DNA of 64,000 nt. Origin: Deltaproteobacteria bacterium (GTDB lineage: Bacteria; Myxococcota; Kuafuiibacteriia; Kuafuiibacteriales; Kuafuiibacteriaceae). The position numbers and the translations under genes were made by a program. The stretch's first letter is position 1, and each line of letters begins with the position of its first letter. Below the pieces are notes generated by a model. It had not been told where the DNA came from and ran no database searches. It was given only the letters and a program-made list of their open reading frames with translations. Shown here one piece after another: positions 28,614 through 38,142 of the stretch. The stretch spans positions 416,001 through 480,000 of the forward strand of contig JAVJQW010000008.1 of NCBI GenBank assembly GCA_040218735.1, written 5' to 3'.

Positions 28614-29257
28614 TGATGCGTTCGATTGCCCTGGCTCTGAGCCTCGTGTTCCTCGCACCGACCGTCGCGGAGGCGGTGTCGAAGCGCGACCGTACGCGCG
28701 CGAAGCGTTTTGCGCGTCGAGCGGCGCGTAGCTTCAAGCTGAAGCGGTACAAACAGGCGTTGCGCGACTTCGAGCGCGCGTACGACCTCGTGGAGCTCCC
28801 GGCGCTCCGCTACAACATCGGGCAATGCCACCTCCTGCTCGGACACTACGACGACGCGATCGCCTCGTTCGAACGGTTCCTCGAGGAGTCGCCGGACACG
28901 CCCTACGCGAACGACGTTCGTGCGCTGATCGCGGAGGCGGATGCGGAGATCGAGAAACGCAAACCGAAGCCCGAGGTCCCGATCGTCGAGGAAGAGCCTG
29001 CGATCGCCGTGCTCGACGATCCCCCTCCGCCGGTGGTCCCGCCGCCGCCGTCCCCCGCGGTGACGACGCCTCCACCGGCGCCGCCCGTCGCGGAGCCGGG
29101 TGACGACGACGGCTTCCCGATGTGGGTCGTCTGGGCGATCGTAGGTGGGGTCGCCGTCGCGGGCGGGACCGCGGCGATCGTCGCGGCGCAGCCCGACACC
29201 ACGATCGTGTTGCCGATGGGTGACCTCGGGGTCATCGACAGGAGGGGCCCGCGATGA
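28610..29257 (+). CDS. Exported TPR protein with C-terminal TM
   Basis: Signal peptide; YKQALRDFERAY..PALRYNIGQCH..GHYDDAIASFERFL; Pro-rich linker; WAIVGGVAVAGG. Confidence 0.85.
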   Translation: MMMRSIALALSLVFLAPTVAEAVSKRDRTRAKRFARRAARSFKLKRYKQALRDFERAYDLVELPALRYNIGQCHLLLGHYDDAIASFERFLEESPDTPYANDVRALIAEADAEIEKRKPKPEVPIVEEEPAIAVLDDPPPPVVPPPPSPAVTTPPPAPPVAEPGDDDGFPMWVVWAIVGGVAVAGGTAAIVAAQPDTTIVLPMGDLGVIDRRGPR

Positions 29258-32200
29258 GGTGGAGGGTAGCGGCGCTCCTGTTGTTGGCGGCCTGTGCCGA
29301 CAAGGTCGAAGTGCAAGACGGGTTGACGGGCCTGGAGATCACCGTCCGTTACGACGCGGCGGCGGGGCTCGATCAGATCGCGATCGAAGGCGCGCTTTCG
29401 AACGGTGACGAGGCCTTCGAGTCAGCCGTCATCCCCGAGTCGCCGGCGCCTCTCACGGCGGGGCAGAACAGCGTCGTGCTGCTGCTTCCGGAGACGCTCG
29501 CTGGCCAGACGATCCGCGTTCGTGTGGACGGCCTCGCGGCGGGCGACATCGTCGCGACCGCGCGCACCGACGTGATGGTGGAGCGAAGGGCGCTCGCGAA
29601 GGTCGCGCTGCAGCTGGGCCTGCCTGCGGTGTGCGGCGACGGCGTCGTGCGCGACGCCTTCGAAGCCTGCGACGACGACAACCTCACCGGCGGCGACGGC
29701 TGCTCGGCGCAGTGCGAGGTCGAGGTGGGCTGGACCTGCACGGGGAGCCCGAGTGTCTGCGCGCAGTGTGGTAACGGGGTGATCGAAGGCGCCGAGGCGT
29801 GCGACGACGGCGGGACCGCGGTGGGTGACGGCTGCAACGCGAGCTGTGTCATCGAGCCGGGCTGGGTCTGCGAGGGCGCGCCGAGCACGTGCTCCGAGTG
29901 CGGTGACGGCGTCATCCTCGCCACCGAGGCGTGCGACGACATGAACGTCGCGGACCTCGACGGCTGCTCTTCCGAGTGCGAGATCGAACACGGGTGGGGC
30001 TGCCTCGGTGTGCCGTCGACCTGCACTTCGACCTGCGGTGATGGGTTGATCGCGCTGGGCGCCGAGGCGTGCGACGACATGAACGTCGCGCCGCTCGACG
30101 GTTGCTCTTCCGCGTGTGCGATCGAACCCGGCTACACGTGTATGGGCGAGCCCTCGGTCTGCACCTGCGACGGCGACGTGGACATGGACGGGATCGTCGA
30201 CTGCTCGGACACGTGCATCGACGTCGACCAGGACACGTTCGGCGCCGGCGGACCGCTCGGCAACACGTGCGCGGGGCCGGACTGCGACGACACCGCCGCG
30301 ACGTGTGTGGACGACTGCACCACGGACGTCGACGCCGACGCCGAAGCGGACTGCCGCGACACCTGCCTCGACGCGGACGGCGACAACTTCGGCGTGGCCG
30401 GCGGGGGCGGGAACACGTGCCTCGGCGTCGACTGCGACGACGCCGTCGCGACCTGCACCAACGACTGCGCGACGGACGTGGACACCGACGCCGTGGCGGA
30501 CTGCGCGGACACCTGCCTCGACGCGGATGGCGACGACTACGGCGTCGCGGGTGGCGCGGGTAACACGTGCCTTGGCGCGGATTGCGACGACGCCGTCGTG
30601 AGCTGCACGAACGACTGCGTCACCGATACGGACGCGGACACCGTGGCGGACTGCGCTGACACCTGCCTCGACGTCGATGGGGACGGCTACGGGATCGCCG
30701 GGGGCGCGGGGAACACGTGTACGGCCGTGGACTGCGACGACGCCGTCGTGACCTGCGACGCGGATTGCACGACGAACACCGACGGCGACGCGATCGCGGA
30801 CTGCGCGGATACCTGTCTCGACGGTGATGGCGACGGTTACGGCCTCGCGGGTGGCGCGGGGAACACGTGCACCGCCGCGGACTGCAACGACGCGGTCGCC
30901 ACCTGCAATGTGGATTGCGCCACGAACGTGGACGCCGACGCCTCGCCGGACTGCGCCGATACGTGCATCGACGTCGACGGTGATGGCTACGGTGCCGCGG
31001 GAGGCGGCGGTAACACCTGCACTGCGGCCGACTGCGACGACGCAGAGATTACGTGCAACGTGGATTGCGCGACCAACACGGACAACGATGCCATCGCGGA
31101 CTGCGCGGACACGTGCCTCGACCCGGACGGCGACGGCTACGGCGCGGCGGGCGGGGCCGGAAACTCCTGCACGGGCGCCGACTGCGACGAGACCGCCGTG
31201 ACGTGCAACGTGGATTGCACGACGAACGTGGACGGAGACGGCATCGTCGACTGCGCGGACACCTGCCTCGACGGTGACGGCGACGGCTACGGCCTCGCGG
31301 GCGGCGCGGGGAATACGTGCACGGCGGCCGACTGTGATGACGCCGTTGCGACCTGCAACCTGGATTGCGTCACGGACGTCGACGGCGATACCACCGCCGA
31401 CTGCAACGACAGTTGCCTCGACGCCGATGGCGACGGGTACGGCGCCGCCGGAGGCCTGGGCAACACGTGCACCGGGCCGGACTGCGACGACCTCCGGGTG
31501 GCGTGCACGACGGACTGCGTCGCGTGCCTGCCGGGCACCATCTCAGTCACGGCGCAGACACCCGTGGCGGCGTGCGGGACGTCGGTCGTCACGATCGATC
31601 TCGACAACTACGACAACGCTGCGGCCGACATCATGTGCAGCGCTTCGAACGAGCTGTTGTTCGGCTCGACACAGTTCGAGATCGGGTTCGAGGAGTGGAC
31701 CAGCTTCACCGGCGGCGGCCTGGTCGTGCTGCGATCTTGGCCGAACAGCTTCCCGACGCCGTCGTGCTCTGCGGGGACCAACGGTGACTTCGTCCGCTTC
31801 GACGAAGGCGATCCGAGCTTCCTGCAGCTCGGCGCTCCGCTCGACCTCGCGGGCGTCGGAAACCTCGAGCTGAGCTTTACGGCTGGGTATCGCAACAACC
31901 CTCCGGCCGGCGACGTCCTCACGGTCTCCGCCTGCTGCGGCGTGGCCTGCACCCCCACGGCCGTGGGGACGGTTCCGAACGACAACGTCACGCCGGGCGG
32001 CGACAACTGCCAGACCCGAACCTTCAACCTGCCCGCCACGCTCGACGACTGCAGCGCATTGATGGTGCGCTTCGACTGGCCCGACAGCAGCGCGCGTGCC
32101 GGCATCGACGACATCGTGTTACGCGGCGAGGCGCTGATGACGCCGGTCGCGGAGACGGGCGGGGGCATCTACACCAGCGCGCTGATGTCGTGCCCCGCGA

Positions 32201-32280
32201 TCGCGTACGTCGTCTCCTGCACCTGGGACGATGGCGTGAACCCGTCACGCCAAGACGCCGACGCGGTGTTCTTCCAGTAG
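29254..32280 (+). CDS. Large Cys/Asp-rich surface lipoprotein (4 Myxococcus Cys-rich DUF4215-type repeats + 9 x 50-aa repeats)
   Basis: Lipobox LAAC; CG(D/N)G..EACDD....DGC...C repeated 4 times; 50-aa repeat 9 times; C-terminal beta domain. Confidence 0.88.
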   Translation: MRWRVAALLLLAACADKVEVQDGLTGLEITVRYDAAAGLDQIAIEGALSNGDEAFESAVIPESPAPLTAGQNSVVLLLPETLAGQTIRVRVDGLAAGDIVATARTDVMVERRALAKVALQLGLPAVCGDGVVRDAFEACDDDNLTGGDGCSAQCEVEVGWTCTGSPSVCAQCGNGVIEGAEACDDGGTAVGDGCNASCVIEPGWVCEGAPSTCSECGDGVILATEACDDMNVADLDGCSSECEIEHGWGCLGVPSTCTSTCGDGLIALGAEACDDMNVAPLDGCSSACAIEPGYTCMGEPSVCTCDGDVDMDGIVDCSDTCIDVDQDTFGAGGPLGNTCAGPDCDDTAATCVDDCTTDVDADAEADCRDTCLDADGDNFGVAGGGGNTCLGVDCDDAVATCTNDCATDVDTDAVADCADTCLDADGDDYGVAGGAGNTCLGADCDDAVVSCTNDCVTDTDADTVADCADTCLDVDGDGYGIAGGAGNTCTAVDCDDAVVTCDADCTTNTDGDAIADCADTCLDGDGDGYGLAGGAGNTCTAADCNDAVATCNVDCATNVDADASPDCADTCIDVDGDGYGAAGGGGNTCTAADCDDAEITCNVDCATNTDNDAIADCADTCLDPDGDGYGAAGGAGNSCTGADCDETAVTCNVDCTTNVDGDGIVDCADTCLDGDGDGYGLAGGAGNTCTAADCDDAVATCNLDCVTDVDGDTTADCNDSCLDADGDGYGAAGGLGNTCTGPDCDDLRVACTTDCVACLPGTISVTAQTPVAACGTSVVTIDLDNYDNAAADIMCSASNELLFGSTQFEIGFEEWTSFTGGGLVVLRSWPNSFPTPSCSAGTNGDFVRFDEGDPSFLQLGAPLDLAGVGNLELSFTAGYRNNPPAGDVLTVSACCGVACTPTAVGTVPNDNVTPGGDNCQTRTFNLPATLDDCSALMVRFDWPDSSARAGIDDIVLRGEALMTPVAETGGGIYTSALMSCPAIAYVVSCTWDDGVNPSRQDADAVFFQ
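30175..31524 (+). repeat. Nine tandem 150-bp (50-aa) coding repeats, 6 Cys each
   Basis: Consensus (D/N)VDxDxxADCADTCLDxDGDGYGxAGGAGNTCTxADCDDAVxTCNxDCxT; exact 150-nt period. Confidence 0.92.
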
Positions 32281-32284
32281 TCGG

Positions 32285-33370
32285 TCACTCGACGAGCGGC
32301 TCGAACCACATCCGCGCCAGGCCTCCGCGTCCGGCGACGAGGTACGTCTCGGCGCCTTCTTCGCGGACGATCCGGTGCACGCTGTCGACGATGCTCGGAC
32401 TCAGCGCCGTGTAGCGGCACGGCGACCCGTCGACGTCACTCGCCGCGCGGTGGCAGCTCGCGGAGACGAAGCCCCCGCCCGGCTTGGCGACAAAGGCTTG
32501 CACGGTCTCGTTGCGGTAGAGCTCACCTGCACAGGCGATGCGATTCTCAGCGTGATCGCCGGAGCGCAGGCCGGACGTGATCGGCGCACGGAACGTGTCG
32601 ACGCGGACGATGAAACCCGCCGAGGTCCCCGCGTAGACGGCGTCCTCCGTGATCGTCAGCGCCGTCGGCTCCCCGTTGGGTTTGGGATCGATGATCTGGC
32701 ACCTCGCTTCGTCCCCGAAGTAGACGCAGCTCTGCGCCTGGTCCGCCGCGACGAGGAATGGTCCCTTGTCCGGGTGGAACGCGACGGCGCCGCGCGTGAT
32801 CGTCGCGGTCGAGCTGGTCTGGACGGCGATACGCCGCGGGGCGGTTCCGTTGACCCGCCAGAGCCCACCGCCGCGCTCCGGGTGGCCGGCGCCGTAGACG
32901 AGGCCACCGTCCGAGGGCCCGGCGATCGATTCGAGCGCGATGTTGCCGAGCGCCCATCGTTCCCGGACGACGTTCTGCGCGAGGTCGACGCGGACGAGGA
33001 CACCTTCGTCGGCGTCGTCGAGCGCGCTCAGCCAGGCTTCGTCGCCATCGATGCGGAACGCGTCGTAGATCTCCGTGAGGTCTTCGAGGCCGGACGGGGC
33101 GTCGATCGGGACCTCGTCCGCGCCGCTCGCGACGCGCCACCACCGAACACCATCCTGAAGGGCGAGGTGGGCGCCCCCGAACGACACGATCGCGGAGACG
33201 GAGATCGCCGCCGTCCCCGTCTCGATGAGCGTCGCGTACTTCGCTTGGAGACAGCCTACGACCGGCGGCGTGCCCGCGTCCCGCGGAGGCCCGGCGTCCG
33301 TGGCTTCGACGATCACGATGTACGGCTCGCAGGCGGCGAGCAGGAGCGCGGCGGAGAGCCAGCGCTTCAC
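32285..33370 (-). CDS. Hypothetical lipoprotein (beta-propeller-like)
   Basis: GTG start overlapping the upstream stop; lipobox LAAC; DAGPPRDAG linker. Confidence 0.75.
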   Translation of the reverse strand: MKRWLSAALLLAACEPYIVIVEATDAGPPRDAGTPPVVGCLQAKYATLIETGTAAISVSAIVSFGGAHLALQDGVRWWRVASGADEVPIDAPSGLEDLTEIYDAFRIDGDEAWLSALDDADEGVLVRVDLAQNVVRERWALGNIALESIAGPSDGGLVYGAGHPERGGGLWRVNGTAPRRIAVQTSSTATITRGAVAFHPDKGPFLVAADQAQSCVYFGDEARCQIIDPKPNGEPTALTITEDAVYAGTSAGFIVRVDTFRAPITSGLRSGDHAENRIACAGELYRNETVQAFVAKPGGGFVSASCHRAASDVDGSPCRYTALSPSIVDSVHRIVREEGAETYLVAGRGGLARMWFEPLVE

Positions 33371-34062
33371 GGCCCGGCCCCCAAGAAGACGACGCCCGCC
33401 GTGGTGAGCACGGCGCCGACGAGCACGCTGAGGTTGGAGGTCAGCCCGAAGGTTGCGTTGCGGTCGCGTGCGTCCATCGCGACGGCGAGGTCGCCGCGTT
33501 CGGCGGCGGCTTCGGCGTCGGCTCGGTGCCCTTCGGCGATCACGCGCAGGGCGACGCCGGCCACGACGAGCGCGGCCCCTCCGCCGACGCCGGCCCACCC
33601 GAGCGCGGTGGAGCGCTCGGCGGGGGGGGCCGGGCTCGGCGCGCGCGGCGCGACGGAGAGCGGGAACAGCACCCGCGCCACGCCGTCGAGCGTCGGTGCC
33701 CACGAGTCGCGATCCCGCGGGAGGTCGAGGTGCAGCGACTTCGGGTCGTCGCCCTCCGGGGCGTACTCGATCGCGATGCGCGCGAGCTGCGTCCCGCTGA
33801 ACATCTTCACGGTGACGACGGAGTTGACGCCGGTGCGCGCCACGAGCTCGTCCGCGCTGGTCGCGAACTCGTCGAGCACTGGGCTCTGGCCGGTCTCCCG
33901 TTCCAACGAAGCGGCGAAGGACGCGATGAGGTAGCTCCGGTCGTCGGCGCTGACACCCTCGGTGGCCGCGACGAAGAGGCCGACCGACGGTGTGGCGGCG
34001 ATCAGCGCGAGCCACGGCAAGGTCACGACCCGGAGCCTCCCCGAGGCGAAGACGGCGCGCAA
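33367..34062 (-). CDS. Hypothetical exported protein with two C-terminal hydrophobic helices
   Basis: Architecture like myxobacterial kinase-partner proteins (LGWAGVGGGAALVVAG ... VLVGAVLTTAGVVFL). Start uncertain. Confidence 0.65.
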   Translation of the reverse strand: MRAVFASGRLRVVTLPWLALIAATPSVGLFVAATEGVSADDRSYLIASFAASLERETGQSPVLDEFATSADELVARTGVNSVVTVKMFSGTQLARIAIEYAPEGDDPKSLHLDLPRDRDSWAPTLDGVARVLFPLSVAPRAPSPAPPAERSTALGWAGVGGGAALVVAGVALRVIAEGHRADAEAAAERGDLAVAMDARDRNATFGLTSNLSVLVGAVLTTAGVVFLGAGP

Positions 34063-34081
34063 GGCTGCTACGATGTGGCCC

Positions 34082-35698
34082 GTGGGCGACGTCGATCCGC
34101 TGCTCGGCCGAATGGTCGGGCCCTACCGTATCGGCGCGCTCCTCGGGGTGGGCGCGTCCGGGCGGGTCTACCGGGCGGAGCACGTGTCGCTGCTACGCCG
34201 CGCCGCGGTGAAGGTGTTCGAGGGGCACGTGCTCGAGCCGGGCAACGCGCGTGAGCGCTTCCTCCGCGAGGCGGGCGCGCTCACGCGGCTCGAGCACGGC
34301 AACGTCGTCCGGCTCTACGATGCCTCGGTCACCGACGACGAGATTCCGTACCTCGCGATGGAGTGGATCGATGGCGTGACCCTCGCCGACCAGATGAAGG
34401 TCGGTCTCACGCCCGGTCGCGCGATCCTGATCGGGTCGCAGGTCGCCCGCGGCCTCGCGGCGATCCACGACGCCGGTTTCGTTCACCGGGATCTCAAACC
34501 GACGAACGTCATGCTCACGTCCAACGACGGGACGGTGAAGATCGTCGACTTCGGGATCGTGCGCTCGCAGTGGTTCCCGACGATCACCGCCGTCGACTCC
34601 ATCGTCGGGACGCCGCGGTTCATGGCACCCGAGCAGCTACTGGAGAGTCGAAGCGCGTCCGCGGCGGCCGACCTGTACGCGCTGGGCGCGATGTTGTTCC
34701 TCATGTTCACCGGGGAGCCGCACGTGCACGGCGTCGACCTCAAGCAGATCATCACGGCGCAGCTCTCGGAGGTTCCGCCGTCCCTGGAGCCGACGTACGG
34801 CGAGGTCGGCGCGCTCGTGGATCGAATGCTCGACAAGATCCCTGAGTCGCGACCGTCGGCGGCGGAGGTCGCCGCGGTGTTCGCGGCGCACGCGCCCGAG
34901 GAGCCGACCGAAGGCATGACGCGCGTCCTCACGGAGGTTCGCTCCGCTCGTCAGGCGGCGGACCGGCGCGCGCCGATCGTCGTGCCGACGCCGCTCACGC
35001 AGAGCGACGCGCTGACGGCGACGCCCGCCGCGCCCCGTCGACCTTGGCTGGCGTCGGCGGCGGCGTTCGTCATCGTCGCGGCGGCGGCCGGCTGGCTCAC
35101 GATGCGTTGGGTGGCGCCGACGCGGGCTCCGGTGGAGCCCCAGCCGGCCGAACGATCCGCGCAGGTCACGCCGCGGATCGCCGCGCCGTCCGCGGTCGAG
35201 CGTTCGGCCGAGGTCCCGTCGGCGACCGAGCGCTCCGCCGAGGGCACCCCGCGGATGCCTTCGGCGGTGGAGCGCTCCGTGGTTCCTTCGCCGTCCGCGG
35301 CGAAGCGTGCCGAGGTTGCTCCGCGGACGTCCGCGCCGGAGGTTGGCTCCGAGCGGGGGGCGGCGACGCTCGACGCCGAGCGGCCAGCGCCTTCCCGTCG
35401 TTCCGGGCAGACGCGTGCACGCGCTTCGGACGTCGCACCGTCCGACAGCGCTGCACCGTCGCCACCGCCGACCGTGGCGGCGTTGCGGGAGCGGATGCGG
35501 TCGTTGCGTGCGCAGTACCGCGCGGTGGGCTCGCGTCTCGCGCCCGACGTGGGGCGCGCGCTCGACGCACGTTACTTCGATCTCGAGACGCAGCTCGATC
35601 GCGCGCAGAGCGACCAGGCGCGGATCACCTTCGCGGCGTCGTGTGACGCCTTCGAGCGCGAGCTGCGCGCCGCCGTCACTCGAGCAGCCAAGCCTTGA
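34082..35698 (+). CDS. Membrane Ser/Thr protein kinase
   Basis: LGVGASGRVY, AVK, HRDLKPTN, DFG, GTPRFMAPE; TM; short PSA(V/T)ERS repeats. Start at GTG 7 nt after TACGAT. Confidence 0.92.
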   Translation: MGDVDPLLGRMVGPYRIGALLGVGASGRVYRAEHVSLLRRAAVKVFEGHVLEPGNARERFLREAGALTRLEHGNVVRLYDASVTDDEIPYLAMEWIDGVTLADQMKVGLTPGRAILIGSQVARGLAAIHDAGFVHRDLKPTNVMLTSNDGTVKIVDFGIVRSQWFPTITAVDSIVGTPRFMAPEQLLESRSASAAADLYALGAMLFLMFTGEPHVHGVDLKQIITAQLSEVPPSLEPTYGEVGALVDRMLDKIPESRPSAAEVAAVFAAHAPEEPTEGMTRVLTEVRSARQAADRRAPIVVPTPLTQSDALTATPAAPRRPWLASAAAFVIVAAAAGWLTMRWVAPTRAPVEPQPAERSAQVTPRIAAPSAVERSAEVPSATERSAEGTPRMPSAVERSVVPSPSAAKRAEVAPRTSAPEVGSERGAATLDAERPAPSRRSGQTRARASDVAPSDSAAPSPPPTVAALRERMRSLRAQYRAVGSRLAPDVGRALDARYFDLETQLDRAQSDQARITFAASCDAFERELRAAVTRAAKP

Positions 35699-36281
35699 TC
35701 GCCGGGACCTCCGTGCGCGCCCACTTCGGCGCGGTGCGGACCTTCATGAAGGCATCCCACAGCGCATCCACGAGCTGGCCGAGGCGCTCGGTCAACCACA
35801 GTCGCTCCAGGAGTCGATCGTCTTCCTCCTCCTGAAGGAGCGCGGGGAGGTTCGCGGCGCGGAACGCGAGGTTCTCGGCGTCGAGGGTGACCTCGAAGAC
35901 CTGCTCGCCGTGTTGGATCCGGAGGCGTGCGCGGTGGACGAGGAGCCCGCGGTCGATCGCGATGCGTACGATCTCCGCGTACGCCGACGTGTGGCCTTTG
36001 ACGGCGAGCTCCGTCGCTTCGCCCGCGAGGCCCCTCAGGACGACGTCGCCGACGAGCAGCGCGCTGACCGGTGCGTCGTCGACGACCGCGATCGTGTCGC
36101 CGCTCGCGGTGCGCCAGAGCATCCACGTCAACATCTCGCGCCCGAGGTACGCCCGGTTGTGGGCGAGGGCGTCGAGCGCTTTGCCGCGTTCGACCTCTCC
36201 GGCGTCGACCTCCTCTTCGATCGCTTCACCGTCGACGCCCAGCTCGCCGCGCAGGAACTTGGTCTCGTCCGACTTGGCCAT
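35676..36281 (-). CDS. RdgC-related protein (second half of a split pair)
   Basis: YLGREMLTWML...ARLRI...TLDAENLAF...LPA...DRLLERL; coupled to the upstream RdgC-like gene. Confidence 0.6.
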   Translation of the reverse strand: MAKSDETKFLRGELGVDGEAIEEEVDAGEVERGKALDALAHNRAYLGREMLTWMLWRTASGDTIAVVDDAPVSALLVGDVVLRGLAGEATELAVKGHTSAYAEIVRIAIDRGLLVHRARLRIQHGEQVFEVTLDAENLAFRAANLPALLQEEEDDRLLERLWLTERLGQLVDALWDAFMKVRTAPKWARTEVPAIKAWLLE

Positions 36282-36907
36282 CAGCGCACCTGCAACGCGA
36301 CGTCGTCGCCGAAGAGCTCGGGGGTCGCGCGGATCTTGTCGACGTCGACGTCGGACGCATCGACGCGCGCGCCGGGTGACGTGGAGTGGAGGGTGACGTC
36401 GAATGCCTCTTCGATCGCGACTTGGATCTCCTCGACGATCTTCTTCGACGAGGCCCACAGCTGCACCGCGTTGGTGTCGAGGTTCCAGCTCACGTCGAAC
36501 GTCTGCGTGGAGACGAACGCACGACGGCGCAGCTTCTTCAGGATGATCTCCTTTTGCGCCGACTTGTCCGCGCGCTTCGGCGGGTGCCCGATCTTCTCTT
36601 CGAACGCGCGCGACCACGCGTCGATCTCGGAGCGCACCAGCGCCGCCGGAACGCGCACGCTGTCGACCCGCCACGTCGCGAGCAGGTAGCTCCCGTACAA
36701 GAACCGGCTCGGCGCGAGGTCGGTCGCCTGGTGGTCCTCGAGCTCGACCCATCCGGCGGAGCGATCCTGCTCACCGGATTGATCGAGCGGCTCGAAGGCG
36801 CCCTTGCGGAGGGCGTTCGCCAGGGATCGCCTCGGATCCTTCGTGGGTTCCTTGTGATGTTCCGCGCGGAAGCGCGAGTACGTCACCGCACCTTTGAGCA
36901 GCGGCAT
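36281..36907 (-). CDS. RdgC-family recombination-associated protein (N-terminal half)
   Basis: GAVTYSRF, RSAGWV, WRVDSVRVPAALV, 'KRADKSAQKEII..KL', FDVSWNL. Confidence 0.65.
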   Translation of the reverse strand: MPLLKGAVTYSRFRAEHHKEPTKDPRRSLANALRKGAFEPLDQSGEQDRSAGWVELEDHQATDLAPSRFLYGSYLLATWRVDSVRVPAALVRSEIDAWSRAFEEKIGHPPKRADKSAQKEIILKKLRRRAFVSTQTFDVSWNLDTNAVQLWASSKKIVEEIQVAIEEAFDVTLHSTSPGARVDASDVDVDKIRATPELFGDDVALQVR

Positions 36908-37041
36908 GGGCGCGCGACGTTCGGTCGGGTGCTGCGCGCGGTCAACCGGGTCGTCGCCACCCGCACCGGGTAGCCGATGACACGGTCGCGACGGCTTCGG
37001 GAACGCCGAGCGTTGGCGCGGTGTCTGCAACCGGGAACCGC

Positions 37042-38142
37042 ATGACCACCGAGCTGACGCCGTACACCCCACCCCATGCTCCGGAGCGGACCTTCGCTCC
37101 GCGGAGCGGCGTCGGGTTTCTCATCGGCGCCGGCGTCGCGTTCTTCCTGGTCGGGATCGGCACCGGCGTGGCGCTCGGGGCGCTCGCCGCCTACCCGTTC
37201 GGAGTCTCGGGCGTACTCTTCTTCGTCGCCTTCCTCCGCAGCGCACGTCACCAGTGGCGATTGTTCGCGGCGCCCGCCGGCGTGGTGAGCGCTTGGGTGA
37301 TGCTCGGCAACTTCGCGGTGGTGCTGTTGTCGCTCGGCGCCTCGGCGCTCGGTGCGCTCACCGCGTTCGTTTCGACGTTGAGCTTCTCGCGCGGTCGTCA
37401 GGTCGAGAAACACGGTCGGAAGGTCTTCGCCGATCTGTACGAAGCCGTGGAGCACCGGACCGAGGCACGCGTCGGCGTACCGGAGGAGGTCGCGGAGGCG
37501 TGGCGCAAGAACGGCCTCACCGAGCACGCCTCGGTGGCCGCCTTCGCACGCTTGTCGATCGAGCTGCTGGAGCTGGGCGCGCCGCCCCGCCTCGTCGACG
37601 CCGCGCACGCCGACGCCCTCGACGAGTCGCGCCACACCGACCTCTGCTTCGACCTCGCACGGCAGCTCGACGGTCGCGACGTTCGCCCCGGCGCGTTCCC
37701 GACCGGCGCCGCGCGCGCCACGCGAGGGCCGCGCACGATTCGTCTGTGCCGCCTCGCCGTCGAGAGCCTGATCGACGGCGCGATCAACGAGGGCGTGTCG
37801 GCGCGGGTCGTCGCGGATCTGTCCAAGGCCGTCACGGATCCGAAGATCGCCGAGGTCCTCCGCGCAATCGCTCGCGACGAAGGGCGCCACGCGGTGCACG
37901 GGTTCGAGGTCCTCGCGTGGTGCATCCAAGAGGGCGGGCGCCCGGTCGTCGCTGCGGTGGAGAGCGCGTTGGCGCACCTGCCGAAGACACTCGGGCGCGG
38001 ACTCTCCGAGGACGCCGCCGATGGCCGCTGGGAGCGCTACGGAATCCCCAGCCGCGGACGCGAGACCGAGGCCTTCGAAGTGGTGCGCGCAAGGACGATC
38101 CAGCGGACACGACGGCTGATCGAGAAGGCTCGCGCTGCATGA
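37042..38142 (+). CDS. Membrane-anchored ferritin-like di-iron domain protein
   Basis: N-terminal TM helices; EHASVAAFARL, DESRH and DEGRH (two ExxH motifs). Confidence 0.82.
   Translation: MTTELTPYTPPHAPERTFAPRSGVGFLIGAGVAFFLVGIGTGVALGALAAYPFGVSGVLFFVAFLRSARHQWRLFAAPAGVVSAWVMLGNFAVVLLSLGASALGALTAFVSTLSFSRGRQVEKHGRKVFADLYEAVEHRTEARVGVPEEVAEAWRKNGLTEHASVAAFARLSIELLELGAPPRLVDAAHADALDESRHTDLCFDLARQLDGRDVRPGAFPTGAARATRGPRTIRLCRLAVESLIDGAINEGVSARVVADLSKAVTDPKIAEVLRAIARDEGRHAVHGFEVLAWCIQEGGRPVVAAVESALAHLPKTLGRGLSEDAADGRWERYGIPSRGRETEAFEVVRARTIQRTRRLIEKARAA

Noticed and set aside
30175-31524. Regular repeats as a CRISPR or DGR template/variable pair
   Set aside because: In-frame protein repeats with mostly synonymous or conservative variation; no reverse transcriptase and no adenine-specific pattern noticed.
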